Of a stretch of DNA of 64,000 nucleotides, positions 51,259 to 63,310 are shown piece by piece (position 1 is the stretch's first letter; each line of letters begins with the position of its first letter). The notes beneath the pieces are model-generated. The model ran no database searches. It was not told the DNA's origin and worked only from the letters and a program-made list of their open reading frames with translations. Location: NCBI GenBank assembly GCA_047495785.1, contig JBLDXI010000015.1:3410001-3474000 (forward strand), in the 5' to 3' direction. A program made the translations under genes and the position numbers. The stretch comes from Lepidodermella squamata. Lineage: Eukaryota > Animalia > Gastrotricha.

Positions 51259-52410
51259 ATGAAGCATATTCTAACGTTTTTCACCTCTCAGATTTTAATG
51301 AAGCTTGCGGCGTTAGACGAATTAGACGAAGAGTTGGTTCGGAGTTGTTCAAACATAAGACAGCATGTCTACTCGCCTAATTGCATCGAGGGCCGGTTAT
51401 CCGCTTGCAATGTTACCAAAATAAAGATTGACCTGGTGCCGCAACGATTTCACGATATCAACGATGCGGAAGAAACTCTAACCATTTCCGCGTATTTGAC
51501 TATAAGTTGGGACCTCACCTGCCAAAGCTTTCGTCCTGATCGAGAGATGGCCTTCTACATGGATGAATCAAAAACATGGCTACCGAAAATGCATCACAGA
51601 AATGCAGTGCGAGATTTTCGAATGAACGATGGGTTTACGAGCCGCTTGCTCTTCAGTTTTTATCCGTCTAATGAAAACCAAACGTACCAACCACCATTCT
51701 TTGCCTGGCAAAGGATCGGAGTTATGACGTCCCATTGCCCGATGGACTATATGTGGTTTCCTTTTGATAAGCAAAGCTGCAAAATCGCGTTAGTACTCCA
51801 AGAGAACACAGCATCTACAATCGCGTATCCTACGAATAGAAGAGTTAGAGGCGTCGATTTCATGACAGAGAGCGCCGGATCTGGTTGGAACTTTGTAAAA
51901 TGGCAGCAAAAAGCTGAGTTTGTTTATATAATCGGCAATCGAAGTGCAGTAGTATTTGAGATAACTTTCAAACGAAAACCGGAATACTACGTTTACAACC
52001 TCATGCTACCTGGCCTGTTGATTTCAAGCCTTCAACTCGTCGGTTTCGTCATTCCGCCCTCAGTTCCTGACCGCCCAATGTTTTGCATTACGATTTTGCT
52101 TGCACTGACCTTTATTCAGGGCCAAGTGTTAAGCAGGATTCCCCAGAAACCTCAGCGCATTTTTATCGGAAATTACAATGATTTATACTCGCTTTTTTCA
52201 TGGACGTGTACGGTTTATTCGCTTGTTATTCTGGCCATCTCTAGGACATATCGGGAGCGATTTAAAACCCAAACAGCAATTTGCTCGTTTTTATCAATTT
52301 CAATGGCCAGAATTAGTGATCTCGTTGGGGTTATAGCTGCGACAATGTTCTTTCTCAGCATTAATTTCTACGCCATCGACGTAGCATGGAAGAATGGCTA
52401 CTTTGCGTAA
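51259..52410 (+). CDS. Divergent Cys-loop ligand-gated ion channel subunit 3; body intronless, 5' end uncertain
   Basis: WLPKM, Cys-loop CPMDYMWFPFDKQSC, FKRKPEYYVYNLMLP, M2 PDRPMFCITILLALT, very short M3-M4 loop. Confidence 0.85.
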   Translation: MKHILTFFTSQILMKLAALDELDEELVRSCSNIRQHVYSPNCIEGRLSACNVTKIKIDLVPQRFHDINDAEETLTISAYLTISWDLTCQSFRPDREMAFYMDESKTWLPKMHHRNAVRDFRMNDGFTSRLLFSFYPSNENQTYQPPFFAWQRIGVMTSHCPMDYMWFPFDKQSCKIALVLQENTASTIAYPTNRRVRGVDFMTESAGSGWNFVKWQQKAEFVYIIGNRSAVVFEITFKRKPEYYVYNLMLPGLLISSLQLVGFVIPPSVPDRPMFCITILLALTFIQGQVLSRIPQKPQRIFIGNYNDLYSLFSWTCTVYSLVILAISRTYRERFKTQTAICSFLSISMARISDLVGVIAATMFFLSINFYAIDVAWKNGYFA

Positions 52411-53165
52411 AATGAGAACAAATAAAAAGCAAGTTTAGGTATATGCAAAGACTTATGTACTTTGGAGCTGGCACAAGCTGCTGGCATTTTTACTCATGAA
52501 CATTCCCGTTTTCTTCTTGCTGGAAAACCATGTTAGAAGAATAAAGGAAATTATTAAAATGTGCTCTTTTTCGCTTTGCCGTCGCACATCGTACATGATG
52601 TCCCAGAAGTTGCGCTACTAATATTTTTCAATTTTGTATGAACTTTTTGTAATGAAATTCAATAAGAAAAATTCAAATTAAAGCTACGAGAGAATATCCC
52701 AGCTTTTGTCCGAGATTTAGACCAAGAAATAATAAATTTACCGGAGAAAACCCGGAAAAACCCGATGGTAATGGTTCGGTAATTTTCGGTATTTTACCCG
52801 GTTGGACCAGATTTCTCCGGACTTTTTTAATCTCATTAACAAGTGACATACTGGATTACTATTTCGAATTTTTCTAAACATTTTCTGGCCATGAGATGTG
52901 TCTCTCATTTTAGAGTTTCTTAACCCTTTTCCGTGTATTTTCTTTGCTTGCGTTAATTGTGGGACACGCTGTAATCCTTTCTTGTCGAATCCAGGTATTT
53001 TTACTTTGGTGATTTAGCAGCAAAAATTGATCAGAAAAAGTCAGGTTTCCGAAGAAAGTTTATTGCTTTAGGAAACAATCAGAAATTCATTTTCATCACA
53101 AAGTTTCCAATAAATCAAGTTAATCAAGTTCTCATTAATTCCTGATTCGTTATCATTCACAGCAT

Positions 53166-53852
53166 TTAGATGGTCTTGGTGGCGATCTTGTAAACGGTCG
53201 GCTCGGCGCTGGTCATGAGGCTCTTGCCGGTGGTCGAGGCGGTGCGAGCTTCCTCAAGCGAGAGCTGAAAAAGCATTACAATATCAATCTGCCTAGGTCA
53301 ATTCTGTGGAAGTATTACCTTGGGAAGAGGAGCCTCGACGCAAAGGAGACCCTCGTTGGTGAGGAAAGACTTGACCTCGAGCTTCGACAGGTCAATCTTG
53401 AGGTCCTCAGGGACGTAGACCTTGCGCGAGTAGTGGCGCTTGATGTAGTGTTCCTTGTCCTTGACCTCATGGGTGGCCTCAACGTTGAGGGAGCGCTCCT
53501 TCGAGTTGAGGGTAACGCTGACCTCCTCCGGCTTGTACGAACGCATGTCGAAGTAGCAGTTGAGCGAGCGGTTGCCGTCAGCGTCGTAGCGGATCGGGTT
53601 AGCCAGCGAGTAGTGCTCGAGCATCGAAGCCGGGCGCGATGGCTGCAGGTTCAGCTCCGACGAGAAGGTGCGCTCGAGGTCCTTGAACATGCGGTTGAAT
53701 TGGCGGTCGAATTGACGATCGAACGGGGTGGTCCAGGTCGAGCGGGCATCGAACGGGGTCATCCAGCTGCTGGGGCCGCCGAAACCACCAACGCCGCCGT
53801 AGCCGCCGAAGGGAGAAGCAGCCCAGTTGTTGCCGAAAGGAGTCATAGCCAT
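53166..53852 (-). CDS. Small heat shock protein (HSP20/alpha-crystallin domain), 2 exons
   Basis: FDMRSYKPEEVSV...VEATHE...RHYSRKVYVPED...SFLTNEGLLCVEAP; intron ~53265-53319; strongly C/G-ending codons. Confidence 0.92.
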
Positions 53853-53948
53853 CTTGAAGGGTTGTTTTGAAAGAATTCGAAAAAGAATTGAAGCTTTTTT
53901 AATTGCTGGTTAGAGCGATTGATATCGATAACGATTCAGCCGCCTTAA

Positions 53949-54073
53949 TTTATACCGGAGCCATAGGTTGTTGCGCAATTTCATTGCGCACTGCTTAAAG
54001 CGTGTTCTAAGAAGTACTCTGGCACGTGCTTGGGCCTAACGAAAAGACGGCATGCGTCTAGAATTTTCCAGAA
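53949..54073 (-). promoter_or_regulatory. sHSP promoter: TATA box and heat shock element
   Basis: TATAAA on - strand at 53949-53954; GAAttTTCcaGAA (three alternating nGAAn units) at 54061-54073. Confidence 0.8.
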
Positions 54074-54156
54074 TTCCAAAAAGAGACTATCCCTATTCCA
54101 GACATTCATAGTTCGTATTTATTTATTTTATTCTAATAGAAAATTTAAAAAAATAA

Positions 54157-54652
54157 TCATGAATCCTTTTCCTCTACGGCTGTGGTGCTGCTCTCTGAGT
54201 GTGATTGCGTATCCAACTTGGCGAAATAATCGCTGACTGCATCGTTCAAGGCCATGAGCAGAGAGTTGAAAGCTTCGGCTACGTTGGTACCACTGTAAGC
54301 TGAAGCTTCAATAAACTCCATCGAGTAACCTTCAGCAAATTGTCGCCCTAAAAAAACAGAAATCCAGTCAATTTATGAGATTAAATTTTGTTAGGAATGT
54401 TTACCTTCTGCTGAGGAGACCCAGATTCGATCCTCGGTATCTTTCAACGCATCGAGTGACGATTGTGAGGCGCTTTTTTCGAAGGAATGAGGCGAACTGA
54501 GTTGAAGATCTTTCTTGTTGGCTAGCAACACACACATGGCCCCTGGCTCTGCGTATCTTCTAAATTTACGCACGTAACCTTCAATATTTTCGAACGAAGA
54601 CCGGTTCGCTACGTCGTAGACAAATATTGCACCCACACTACGCCGTAGAAAA
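54157..54652 (-). pseudogene. 3' half (exons 3-4) of an atypical Rab-like GTPase
   Basis: FLRRSVGAIFVYDVANRSSFENI...LLANKKDL...GRQFAEGYSMEFIEASAYSGTNVAEAF; no same-strand 5' exons; the matching 5' half is at 61265-61696 on +. Confidence 0.85.
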
Positions 54653-54800
54653 CTACAAAAATATCGATTGACCATCATTATAAGGATTATAAGGAGTAAA
54701 AGCACATTATTTTCAGGTATAATATAACATCAAAAGAAGCGCAGTTTTGCAGAGTTTTTGCAAATATTTTTCCCACCTGACATTTATAACTCGCGAAAAT

Positions 54801-55483
54801 ATGCAGCCGGACGACTACGACTACTTGTTTAAAATCATTTTGATCGGCGATTCTGGGGTTGGGAAGTCTAACCTTTTGTCGAGATTCACTCGCAACGAAT
54901 TTAATCTCGAAAGCAAAACAACGATTGGCGTCGAGTTTGCTGTGCGCACCCTGCAGGTCGAGGGGAAAAACGTCAAAGCTCAGATCTGGGACACCGCCGG
55001 GCAAGAGCGCTATCGTGCCATCACAAATGCCTACTATCGAAATGCAGTAGGAGCCCTCCTGCTGTACGATATCGCTAAGGCCAACTCGCTGCAGAAATGT
55101 GAAAACTGGCTTCGAGAACTTCGCACCTTCTCGAATTTAATCTCGAAAGCAAAACAACGATTGGCGTCGAGTTTGCTGTGCGCACCCTGCAGGTCGAGGG
55201 GAAAAACGTCAAAGCTCAGATCTGGGACACCGCCGGGCAAGAGCGCTATCGTGCCATCACAAATGCCTACTATCGAAATGCAGTAGGAGCCCTCCTGCTG
55301 TACGATATCGCTAAGGCCAACTCGCTGCAGAAATGTGAAAACTGGCTTCGAGAACTTCGCACCTTCGCAGATCCTAACATAGAGGTTATGCTTGTTGGAA
55401 ACAAGTCGGACTTGAAGCACCTCCGCTCTGTCCCCGTGGAGGCCGGGCAAAGATTTGCAAGTAAATTTGCCCGATCTCAATAG
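54801..55483 (+). pseudogene. Truncated, internally duplicated Rab11 copy 1
   Basis: Exon 1 with a frameshifting 236-bp duplication (junction 55130/55131); exons 2-3 absent. Confidence 0.85.
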
Positions 55484-56561
55484 ATATTTGAGATTTTTAG
55501 TATCATTATTTCTTAAACTATGCGCTGATTTATTTGCAACAAAAATTGCGTAAAAAAACAACATTGGTGTTCTAGTAAATTATTGCACGTACCAACCTGA
55601 TTTTCTGAGGCTCAAATCTCTAATAACACATGTGAGACGGTGTGTACAGAGAGATGAAAAAAATAATTGATACACAAACATACAAATTTATGCTACCCAG
55701 TTTGATCCAACGCTAATTATTATAATCATTATGGTGTGCCGATTGACATACTGAATTCACGCTAGACGACTACATCGTAAAAGTTGCTCCGTGGTTTTTG
55801 CAACCTGTAATAATGACTCTCGTATTAAGCAGGGATATATATAATTGATTTTTTGGCTGTGGAAATTTGAAACGAACTTGAACATAACATTATATTTAGG
55901 TATCACTATATTCTTCTTTGCACCAAAAGAGGCGCTGTTATAATTGGAATTTATATACTAGCTGATTATATTCTTAAAAATGTCTTTATTATAGAATAAA
56001 AATCGGATGAACTTTCTGTTTGCGTGTGCGCGATGCAGTTCGTCGAATGCTATATATATATCAATCGCTATATATTAACGGAAAAATTGTAATAAAAATA
56101 CCGCGATTTTCTCTCTTATTGTTGTTCAACAATGAGGTATGCATTACATACATATATGCGACGGAAAAATACAAATCGTAATAAAACGAAAGTTGGAAAT
56201 AAGCACCGGGTAAATACTTGTAAAAAAATCATATTTTGTCGAGGTGTTTTTTCCGCTCAGCAGGATCGCATGGCTGCATTTGCGGGCGATAAGGCGCGAC
56301 ACTGGGTGGATGCATAAAAAAGAGCGCGACTCGTGTGATTCATCACGCGCGCTTACCTGGCGTGAATAAGTGCTGTGTGGCCATGAGTCATCGCCTCATA
56401 TTGGCATTACTAATGAATGGCTGGCGCTTTTCTATACCTATGCGCCACACTTGCGAGTAAAAGCACATTATTTTCAGGTATAATATAACATCAAAAGAAG
56501 CGCAGTTTTGCAGAGTTTTTGCAAATATTTTTCCCACCTGACATTTATAACTCGCGAAAAT

Positions 56562-57244
56562 ATGCAGCCGGACGACTACGACTACTTGTTTAAAATCATT
56601 TTGATCGGCGATTCTGGGGTTGGGAAGTCTAACCTTTTGTCGAGATTCACTCGCAACGAATTTAATCTCGAAAGCAAAACAACGATTGGCGTCGAGTTTG
56701 CTGTGCGCACCCTGCAGGTCGAGGGGAAAAACGTCAAAGCTCAGATCTGGGACACCGCCGGGCAAGAGCGCTATCGTGCCATCACAAATGCCTACTATCG
56801 AAATGCAGTAGGAGCCCTCCTGCTGTACGATATCGCTAAGGCCAACTCGCTGCAGAAATGTGAAAACTGGCTTCGAGAACTTCGCACCTTCTCGAATTTA
56901 ATCTCGAAAGCAAAACAACGATTGGCGTCGAGTTTGCTGTGCGCACCCTGCAGGTCGAGGGGAAAAACGTCAAAGCTCAGATCTGGGACACCGCCGGGCA
57001 AGAGCGCTATCGTGCCATCACAAATGCCTACTATCGAAATGCAGTAGGAGCCCTCCTGCTGTACGATATCGCTAAGGCCAACTCGCTGCAGAAATGTGAA
57101 AACTGGCTTCGAGAACTTCGCACCTTCGCAGATCCTAACATAGAGGTTATGCTTGTTGGAAACAAGTCGGACTTGAAGCACCTCCGCTCTGTCCCCGTGG
57201 AGGCCGGGCAAAGATTTGCAAGTAAATTTGCCCGATCTCAATAG
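56562..57244 (+). pseudogene. Truncated, internally duplicated Rab11 copy 2
   Basis: Same structure as copy 1, offset 1761 bp. Confidence 0.85.
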
Positions 57245-58322
57245 ATATTTGAGATTTTTAGTATCATTATTTCTTAAACTATGCGCTGATTTATTTGCAA
57301 CAAAAATTGCGTAAAAAAACAACATTGGTGTTCTAGTAAATTATTGCACGTACCAACCTGATTTTCTGAGGCTCAAATCTCTAATAACACATGTGAGACG
57401 GTGTGTACAGAGAGATGAAAAAAATAATTGATACACAAACATACAAATTTATGCTACCCAGTTTGATCCAACGCTAATTATTATAATCATTATGGTGTGC
57501 CGATTGACATACTGAATTCACGCTAGACGACTACATCGTAAAAGTTGCTCCGTGGTTTTTGCAACCTGTAATAATGACTCTCGTATTAAGCAGGGATATA
57601 TATAATTGATTTTTTGGCTGTGGAAATTTGAAACGAACTTGAACATAACATTATATTTAGGTATCACTATATTCTTCTTTGCACCAAAAGAGGCGCTGTT
57701 ATAATTGGAATTTATATACTAGCTGATTATATTCTTAAAAATGTCTTTATTATAGAATAAAAATCGGATGAACTTTCTGTTTGCGTGTGCGCGATGCAGT
57801 TCGTCGAATGCTATATATATATCAATCGCTATATATTAACGGAAAAATTGTAATAAAAATACCGCGATTTTCTCTCTTATTGTTGTTCAACAATGAGGTA
57901 TGCATTACATACATATATGCGACGGAAAAATACAAATCGTAATAAAACGAAAGTTGGAAATAAGCACCGGGTAAATACTTGTAAAAAAATCATATTTTGT
58001 CGAGGTGTTTTTTCCGCTCAGCAGGATCGCATGGCTGCATTTGCGGGCGATAAGGCGCGACACTGGGTGGATGCATAAAAAAGAGCGCGACTCGTGTGAT
58101 TCATCACGCGCGCTTACCTGGCGTGAATAAGTGCTGTGTGGCCATGAGTCATCGCCTCATATTGGCATTACTAATGAATGGCTGGCGCTTTTCTATACCT
58201 ATGCGCCACACTTGCGAGTAAAAGCACATTATTTTCAGGTATAATATAACATCAAAAGAAGCGCAGTTTTGCAGAGTTTTTGCAAATATTTTTCCCACCT
58301 GACATTTATAACTCGCGAAAAT

Positions 58323-58769
58323 ATGCAGCCGGACGACTACGACTACTTGTTTAAAATCATTTTGATCGGCGATTCTGGGGTTGGGAAGTCTAACCTTTTG
58401 TCGAGATTCACTCGCAACGAATTTAATCTCGAAAGCAAAACAACGATTGGCGTCGAGTTTGCTGTGCGCACCCTGCAGGTCGAGGGGAAAAACGTCAAAG
58501 CTCAGATCTGGGACACCGCCGGGCAAGAGCGCTATCGTGCCATCACAAATGCCTACTATCGAAATGCAGTAGGAGCCCTCCTGCTGTACGATATCGCTAA
58601 GGCCAACTCGCTGCAGAAATGTGAAAACTGGCTTCGAGAACTTCGCACCTTCGCAGATCCTAACATAGAGGTTATGCTTGTTGGAAACAAGTCGGACTTG
58701 AAGCACCTCCGCTCTGTCCCCGTGGAGGCCGGGCAAAGATTTGCAAGTAAATTTGCCCGATCTCAATAG
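58323..58769 (+). pseudogene. Truncated Rab11 copy 3 (exon 1 only)
   Basis: Intact exon 1 reading into intron 1 (FASKFARSQ*); lacks G5 and the C-terminal CC. Confidence 0.85.
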
Positions 58770-59847
58770 ATATTTGAGATTTTTAGTATCATTATTTCTT
58801 AAACTATGCGCTGATTTATTTGCAACAAAAATTGCGTAAAAAAACAACATTGGTGTTCTAGTAAATTATTGCACGTACCAACCTGATTTTCTGAGGCTCA
58901 AATCTCTAATAACACATGTGAGACGGTGTGTACAGAGAGATGAAAAAAATAATTGATACACAAACATACAAATTTATGCTACCCAGTTTGATCCAACGCT
59001 AATTATTATAATCATTATGGTGTGCCGATTGACATACTGAATTCACGCTAGACGACTACATCGTAAAAGTTGCTCCGTGGTTTTTGCAACCTGTAATAAT
59101 GACTCTCGTATTAAGCAGGGATATATATAATTGATTTTTTGGCTGTGGAAATTTGAAACGAACTTGAACATAACATTATATTTAGGTATCACTATATTCT
59201 TCTTTGCACCAAAAGAGGCGCTGTTATAATTGGAATTTATATACTAGCTGATTATATTCTTAAAAATGTCTTTATTATAGAATAAAAATCGGATGAACTT
59301 TCTGTTTGCGTGTGCGCGATGCAGTTCGTCGAATGCTATATATATATCAATCGCTATATATTAACGGAAAAATTGTAATAAAAATACCGCGATTTTCTCT
59401 CTTATTGTTGTTCAACAATGAGGTATGCATTACATACATATATGCGACGGAAAAATACAAATCGTAATAAAACGAAAGTTGGAAATAAGCACCGGGTAAA
59501 TACTTGTAAAAAAATCATATTTTGTCGAGGTGTTTTTTCCGCTCAGCAGGATCGCATGGCTGCATTTGCGGGCGATAAGGCGCGACACTGGGTGGATGCA
59601 TAAAAAAGAGCGCGACTCGTGTGATTCATCACGCGCGCTTACCTGGCGTGAATAAGTGCTGTGTGGCCATGAGTCATCGCCTCATATTGGCATTACTAAT
59701 GAATGGCTGGCGCTTTTCTATACCTATGCGCCACACTTGCGAGTAAAAGCACATTATTTTCAGGTATAATATAACATCAAAAGAAGCGCAGTTTTGCAGA
59801 GTTTTTGCAAATATTTTTCCCACCTGACATTTATAACTCGCGAAAAT

Positions 59848-60585
59848 ATGCAGCCGGACGACTACGACTACTTGTTTAAAATCATTTTGATCGGCGATTC
59901 TGGGGTTGGGAAGTCTAACCTTTTGTCGAGATTCACTCGCAACGAATTTAATCTCGAAAGCAAAACAACGATTGGCGTCGAGTTTGCTGTGCGCACCCTG
60001 CAGGTCGAGGGGAAAAACGTCAAAGCTCAGATCTGGGACACCGCCGGGCAAGAGCGCTATCGTGCCATCACAAATGCCTACTATCGAAATGCAGTAGGAG
60101 CCCTCCTGCTGTACGATATCGCTAAGGCCAACTCGCTGCAGAAATGTGAAAACTGGCTTCGAGAACTTCGCACCTTCGCAGATCCTAACATAGAGGTTAT
60201 GCTTGTTGGAAACAAGTCGGACTTGAAGCACCTCCGCTCTGTCCCCGTGGAGGCCGGGCAAAGATTTGCAAGTAAATTTGCCCGATCTCAATAGATATTT
60301 GAGATTTTTAGTATCATTATTTTTTAAGGTGAAAACGGTCTTTCATTCATTGAAACTTCCGCATTGGACGGCACGAACGTCGAAAAAGCTTTCAGAAATC
60401 TTATAGCAGGTATGATATCGATTTATTAGCTATTCGTTGTTGTTATGTTAAACCCATTCTCAGATATTTTCCCGAAAGTTGCAAGGCGTTCCGGGGAAGA
60501 AGACGTGGCGAAATACGAAGTGGTAGCTTCGATTAACCCGGCAACTCCCATGACCAAAAAGCCGAGTACGATCAATTGCTGTTGA
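59848..60585 (+). CDS. RAB11: Rab11-family GTPase, intact, 3 exons
   Basis: [66 protein letters not shown], ends INCC*. Confidence 0.95.
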
Positions 60586-61264
60586 TTGCCAAGTCTGCCG
60601 CAAAGCGAAATCAGCGATTTCAAAATACTACATGTTTTTATTAATTATTTTGTCTTCTTCTCACGCTTTCTGCGCTGAAATGAAGCAAATTTATCATAAT
60701 AAAAATGCGGTTTTTCGATAAATCAATCTCTCATCAAGGGTTAAAATCCTGTAGAATAACACGATCCGCTCCACAGCTAAAAAAGGAAGATGAGAAAGTC
60801 ATTCGACTTCATTGAATTTGGAAAGCTATAAATAAAAAACACGTTATACGCCAAACAAAGAACGCCCTCTCATGCACGTAAAATAATGTGTGTTATTTTT
60901 TTTCTTCTTTCAAATTTCGTCCAGTTCGTGGTCTGGTGGCACAGGATTTATTACAACATGTGAAGTAATGAGCGTCAACCTCATACCTGAGATGCACGTA
61001 GTTTGAAACTATAGTTGTGAATAAATTATTAGAAAAAATAATAGCACACAATAATATAATGTAGACTCTCTCCTCAATTTTTCACATGCGAGTTATCAGA
61101 AATAAACTCTGAGAAAACAGTGAGCGATTTACGGCATGAGCGAACTAACGCGATAAGATAACGCCAAGTGTAGTCTGGAACTTATTCACCCTGCTGACAT
61201 AAATAATAATCACTATTTGAATTCTTTCAATGCCATAATCTGGCTGCAAATAACAAAAACAATA

Positions 61265-61696
61265 ATGTACTCGCCAAGAAAAATGGCATCACTAATGCCT
61301 ATCACTGCTAATACGTCTGAGATTCGAAATCGGCTCTACAATGGCGCGGTCAAGCTCGGCAATATGACTGGTCTCAATTTCTACAGTCAACACAAGGAGA
61401 CGAACCGACGCAGGATAAGAACAATTACCTTCAAAGGTTGGTATAATTAAAAATAAAATTAGTAAAAAATTGGCTTAATTTTTGATAATTTCAGTTGTTT
61501 TACTCGGCGATGCTGGCACTGGGAAAACGAGTCTGATAGCTCGATACCTTGAGAATCGGGACATCGAACTGAACCCGATGCCAACGCAATACGGCGAGTA
61601 TCACACTCGAAAATTGGTATTAGGCGACCGGAAAGTTGGTGTTCAAATTTGGGATGTACCAAGTCACGTGTTGGAAAGTGACATCAACGATGAATG
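61265..61696 (+). pseudogene. 5' half (exons 1-2) of the atypical Rab-like GTPase
   Basis: ITFK|VVLLGDAGTGKTSLIARY...KVGVQIWDVPSH...E; ends at a GT donor (61697) directly followed by an inversion junction; start ATG uncertain. Confidence 0.8.
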
Positions 61697-61708
61697 GTAA
61701 TTTTATAG

Positions 61709-62527
61709 GCGCTCTTTTTTATGCATCCACCCAGTGTCGCGCCTTATCGCCCGCAAATGCAGCCATGCGATCCTGCTGAGCGGAAAAAACACCTCGACAA
61801 AATATGATTTTTTTACAAGTATTTACCCGGTGCTTATTTCCAACTTTCGTTTTATTACGATTTGTATTTTTCCGTCGCATATATGTATGTAATGCATACC
61901 TCATTGTTGAACAACAATAAGAGAGAAAATCGCGGTATTTTTATTACAATTTTTCCGTTAATATATAGCGATTGATATATATATAGCATTCGACGAACTG
62001 CATCGCGCACACGCAAACAGAAAGTTCATCCGATTTTTATTCTATAATAAAGACATTTTTAAGAATATAATCAGCTAGTATATAAATTCCAATTATAACA
62101 GCGCCTCTTTTGGTGCAAAGAAGAATATAGTGATACCTAAATATAATGTTATGTTCAAGTTCGTTTCAAATTTCCACAGCCAAAAAATCAATTATATATA
62201 TCCCTGCTTAATACGAGAGTCATTATTACAGGTTGCAAAAACCACGGAGCAACTTTTACGATGTAGTCGTCTAGCGTGAATTCAGTATGTCAATCGGCAC
62301 ACCATAATGATTATAATAATTAGCGTTGGATCAAACTGGGTAGCATAAATTTGTATGTTTGTGTATCAATTATTTTTTTCATCTCTCTGTACACACCGTC
62401 TCACATGTGTTATTAGAGATTTGAGCCTCAGAAAATCAGGTTGGTACGTGCAATAATTTACTAGAACACCAATGTTGTTTTTTTACGCAATTTTTGTTGC
62501 AAATAAATCAGCGCATAGTTTAAGAAA
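61709..62527 (-). repeat. Inverted 819-bp copy of the Rab11 upstream region
   Basis: Reverse complement of 55509-56327 and the equivalent segments of units 2 and 3. Confidence 0.95.
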
Positions 62528-63310
62528 CACTCATAACGTAGCAGCGTTATTCCTTGTTCGATTATTCACGTTATTTGTTTTTACAATCAGCAAGATTAGT
62601 ATAATAATTAGTCAAAATAAAAAGACAGCATAGTGAATAATATTATATGAAGGACTGTAGTACAATTGTTGGTAGTTTTTCGCAATCAATCGATCGATCA
62701 AATCAGTAGTGATATAGCCGGGAAACTGCAAAGAAAAGCTCGCACTGGGCATCTTTCAAAAAGTGATTGCCACATTCAAGATTCTAAATAGTAATGACAA
62801 TAATAATAATAATAACCGTTTTCGGAATTTTTTAGCTAGCCGGACAAAAATTGGAATCATTTTTTTCAACTTTACAAACACACAACAGCGCGATCAACTT
62901 CGTCGTCGTCTCAAGAAAGCGAGTAGGTATAAACAAAATTGTATTGCAGCTTTGTTACGAGTTTTCTTCATCATGGTTATAGATATATAATTTTTTTTAG
63001 TAATTTCAACCCCACGAGTAGTAAGACAGCCCTGGTAGAGGAGGATAACCCCATTTTCTAAGATAGCAGCGAAATTCATTTTTACGATAAGAAACGCAGT
63101 TTGGACGGTAGAAATGAACAACGCCTACTATTATATAACGGAAACACGTAATTCTCTGATTGATAAATGTATAAGATATATAACGCATTTATTTATAACA
63201 ACGTCCAATCTCTAGCCAGAAGAATGCATGCAGCCAATTTGACGTGACACACGGACGAGAAATTAAGTTGAATTTTGTGTTGTAGAAGACAAGAAATCGC
63301 CACCACCTGT

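Larger units (their letters stand above)
54694..60323 (+). repeat. Tandem amplification of Rab11 exon 1 plus upstream region
   Basis: Apparently identical units at 54694-56454 (1761 bp), 56455-58215 (1761 bp) and 58216-59740 (1525 bp), with a fourth start at 59741 running into the intact gene; units 1 and 2 carry an extra 236-bp internal duplication. Confidence 0.97.

Noticed and set aside
52741-52820. CCGGAGAAA/TTTCTCCGG inverted repeat as a MITE
   Set aside because: Only 9 bp, with no TSD and no second copy in the window
56132-61904. Repeated 61-aa ORF MRYALHTYMRRK as a multicopy gene
   Set aside because: AT-rich Rab11 upstream sequence repeated only because of the amplification
54694-62527. 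Rab11 repeat block as an LTR element, TIR transposon or CRISPR-like array
   Set aside because: Units are host gene and promoter sequence, with no transposase, RT or spacer structure
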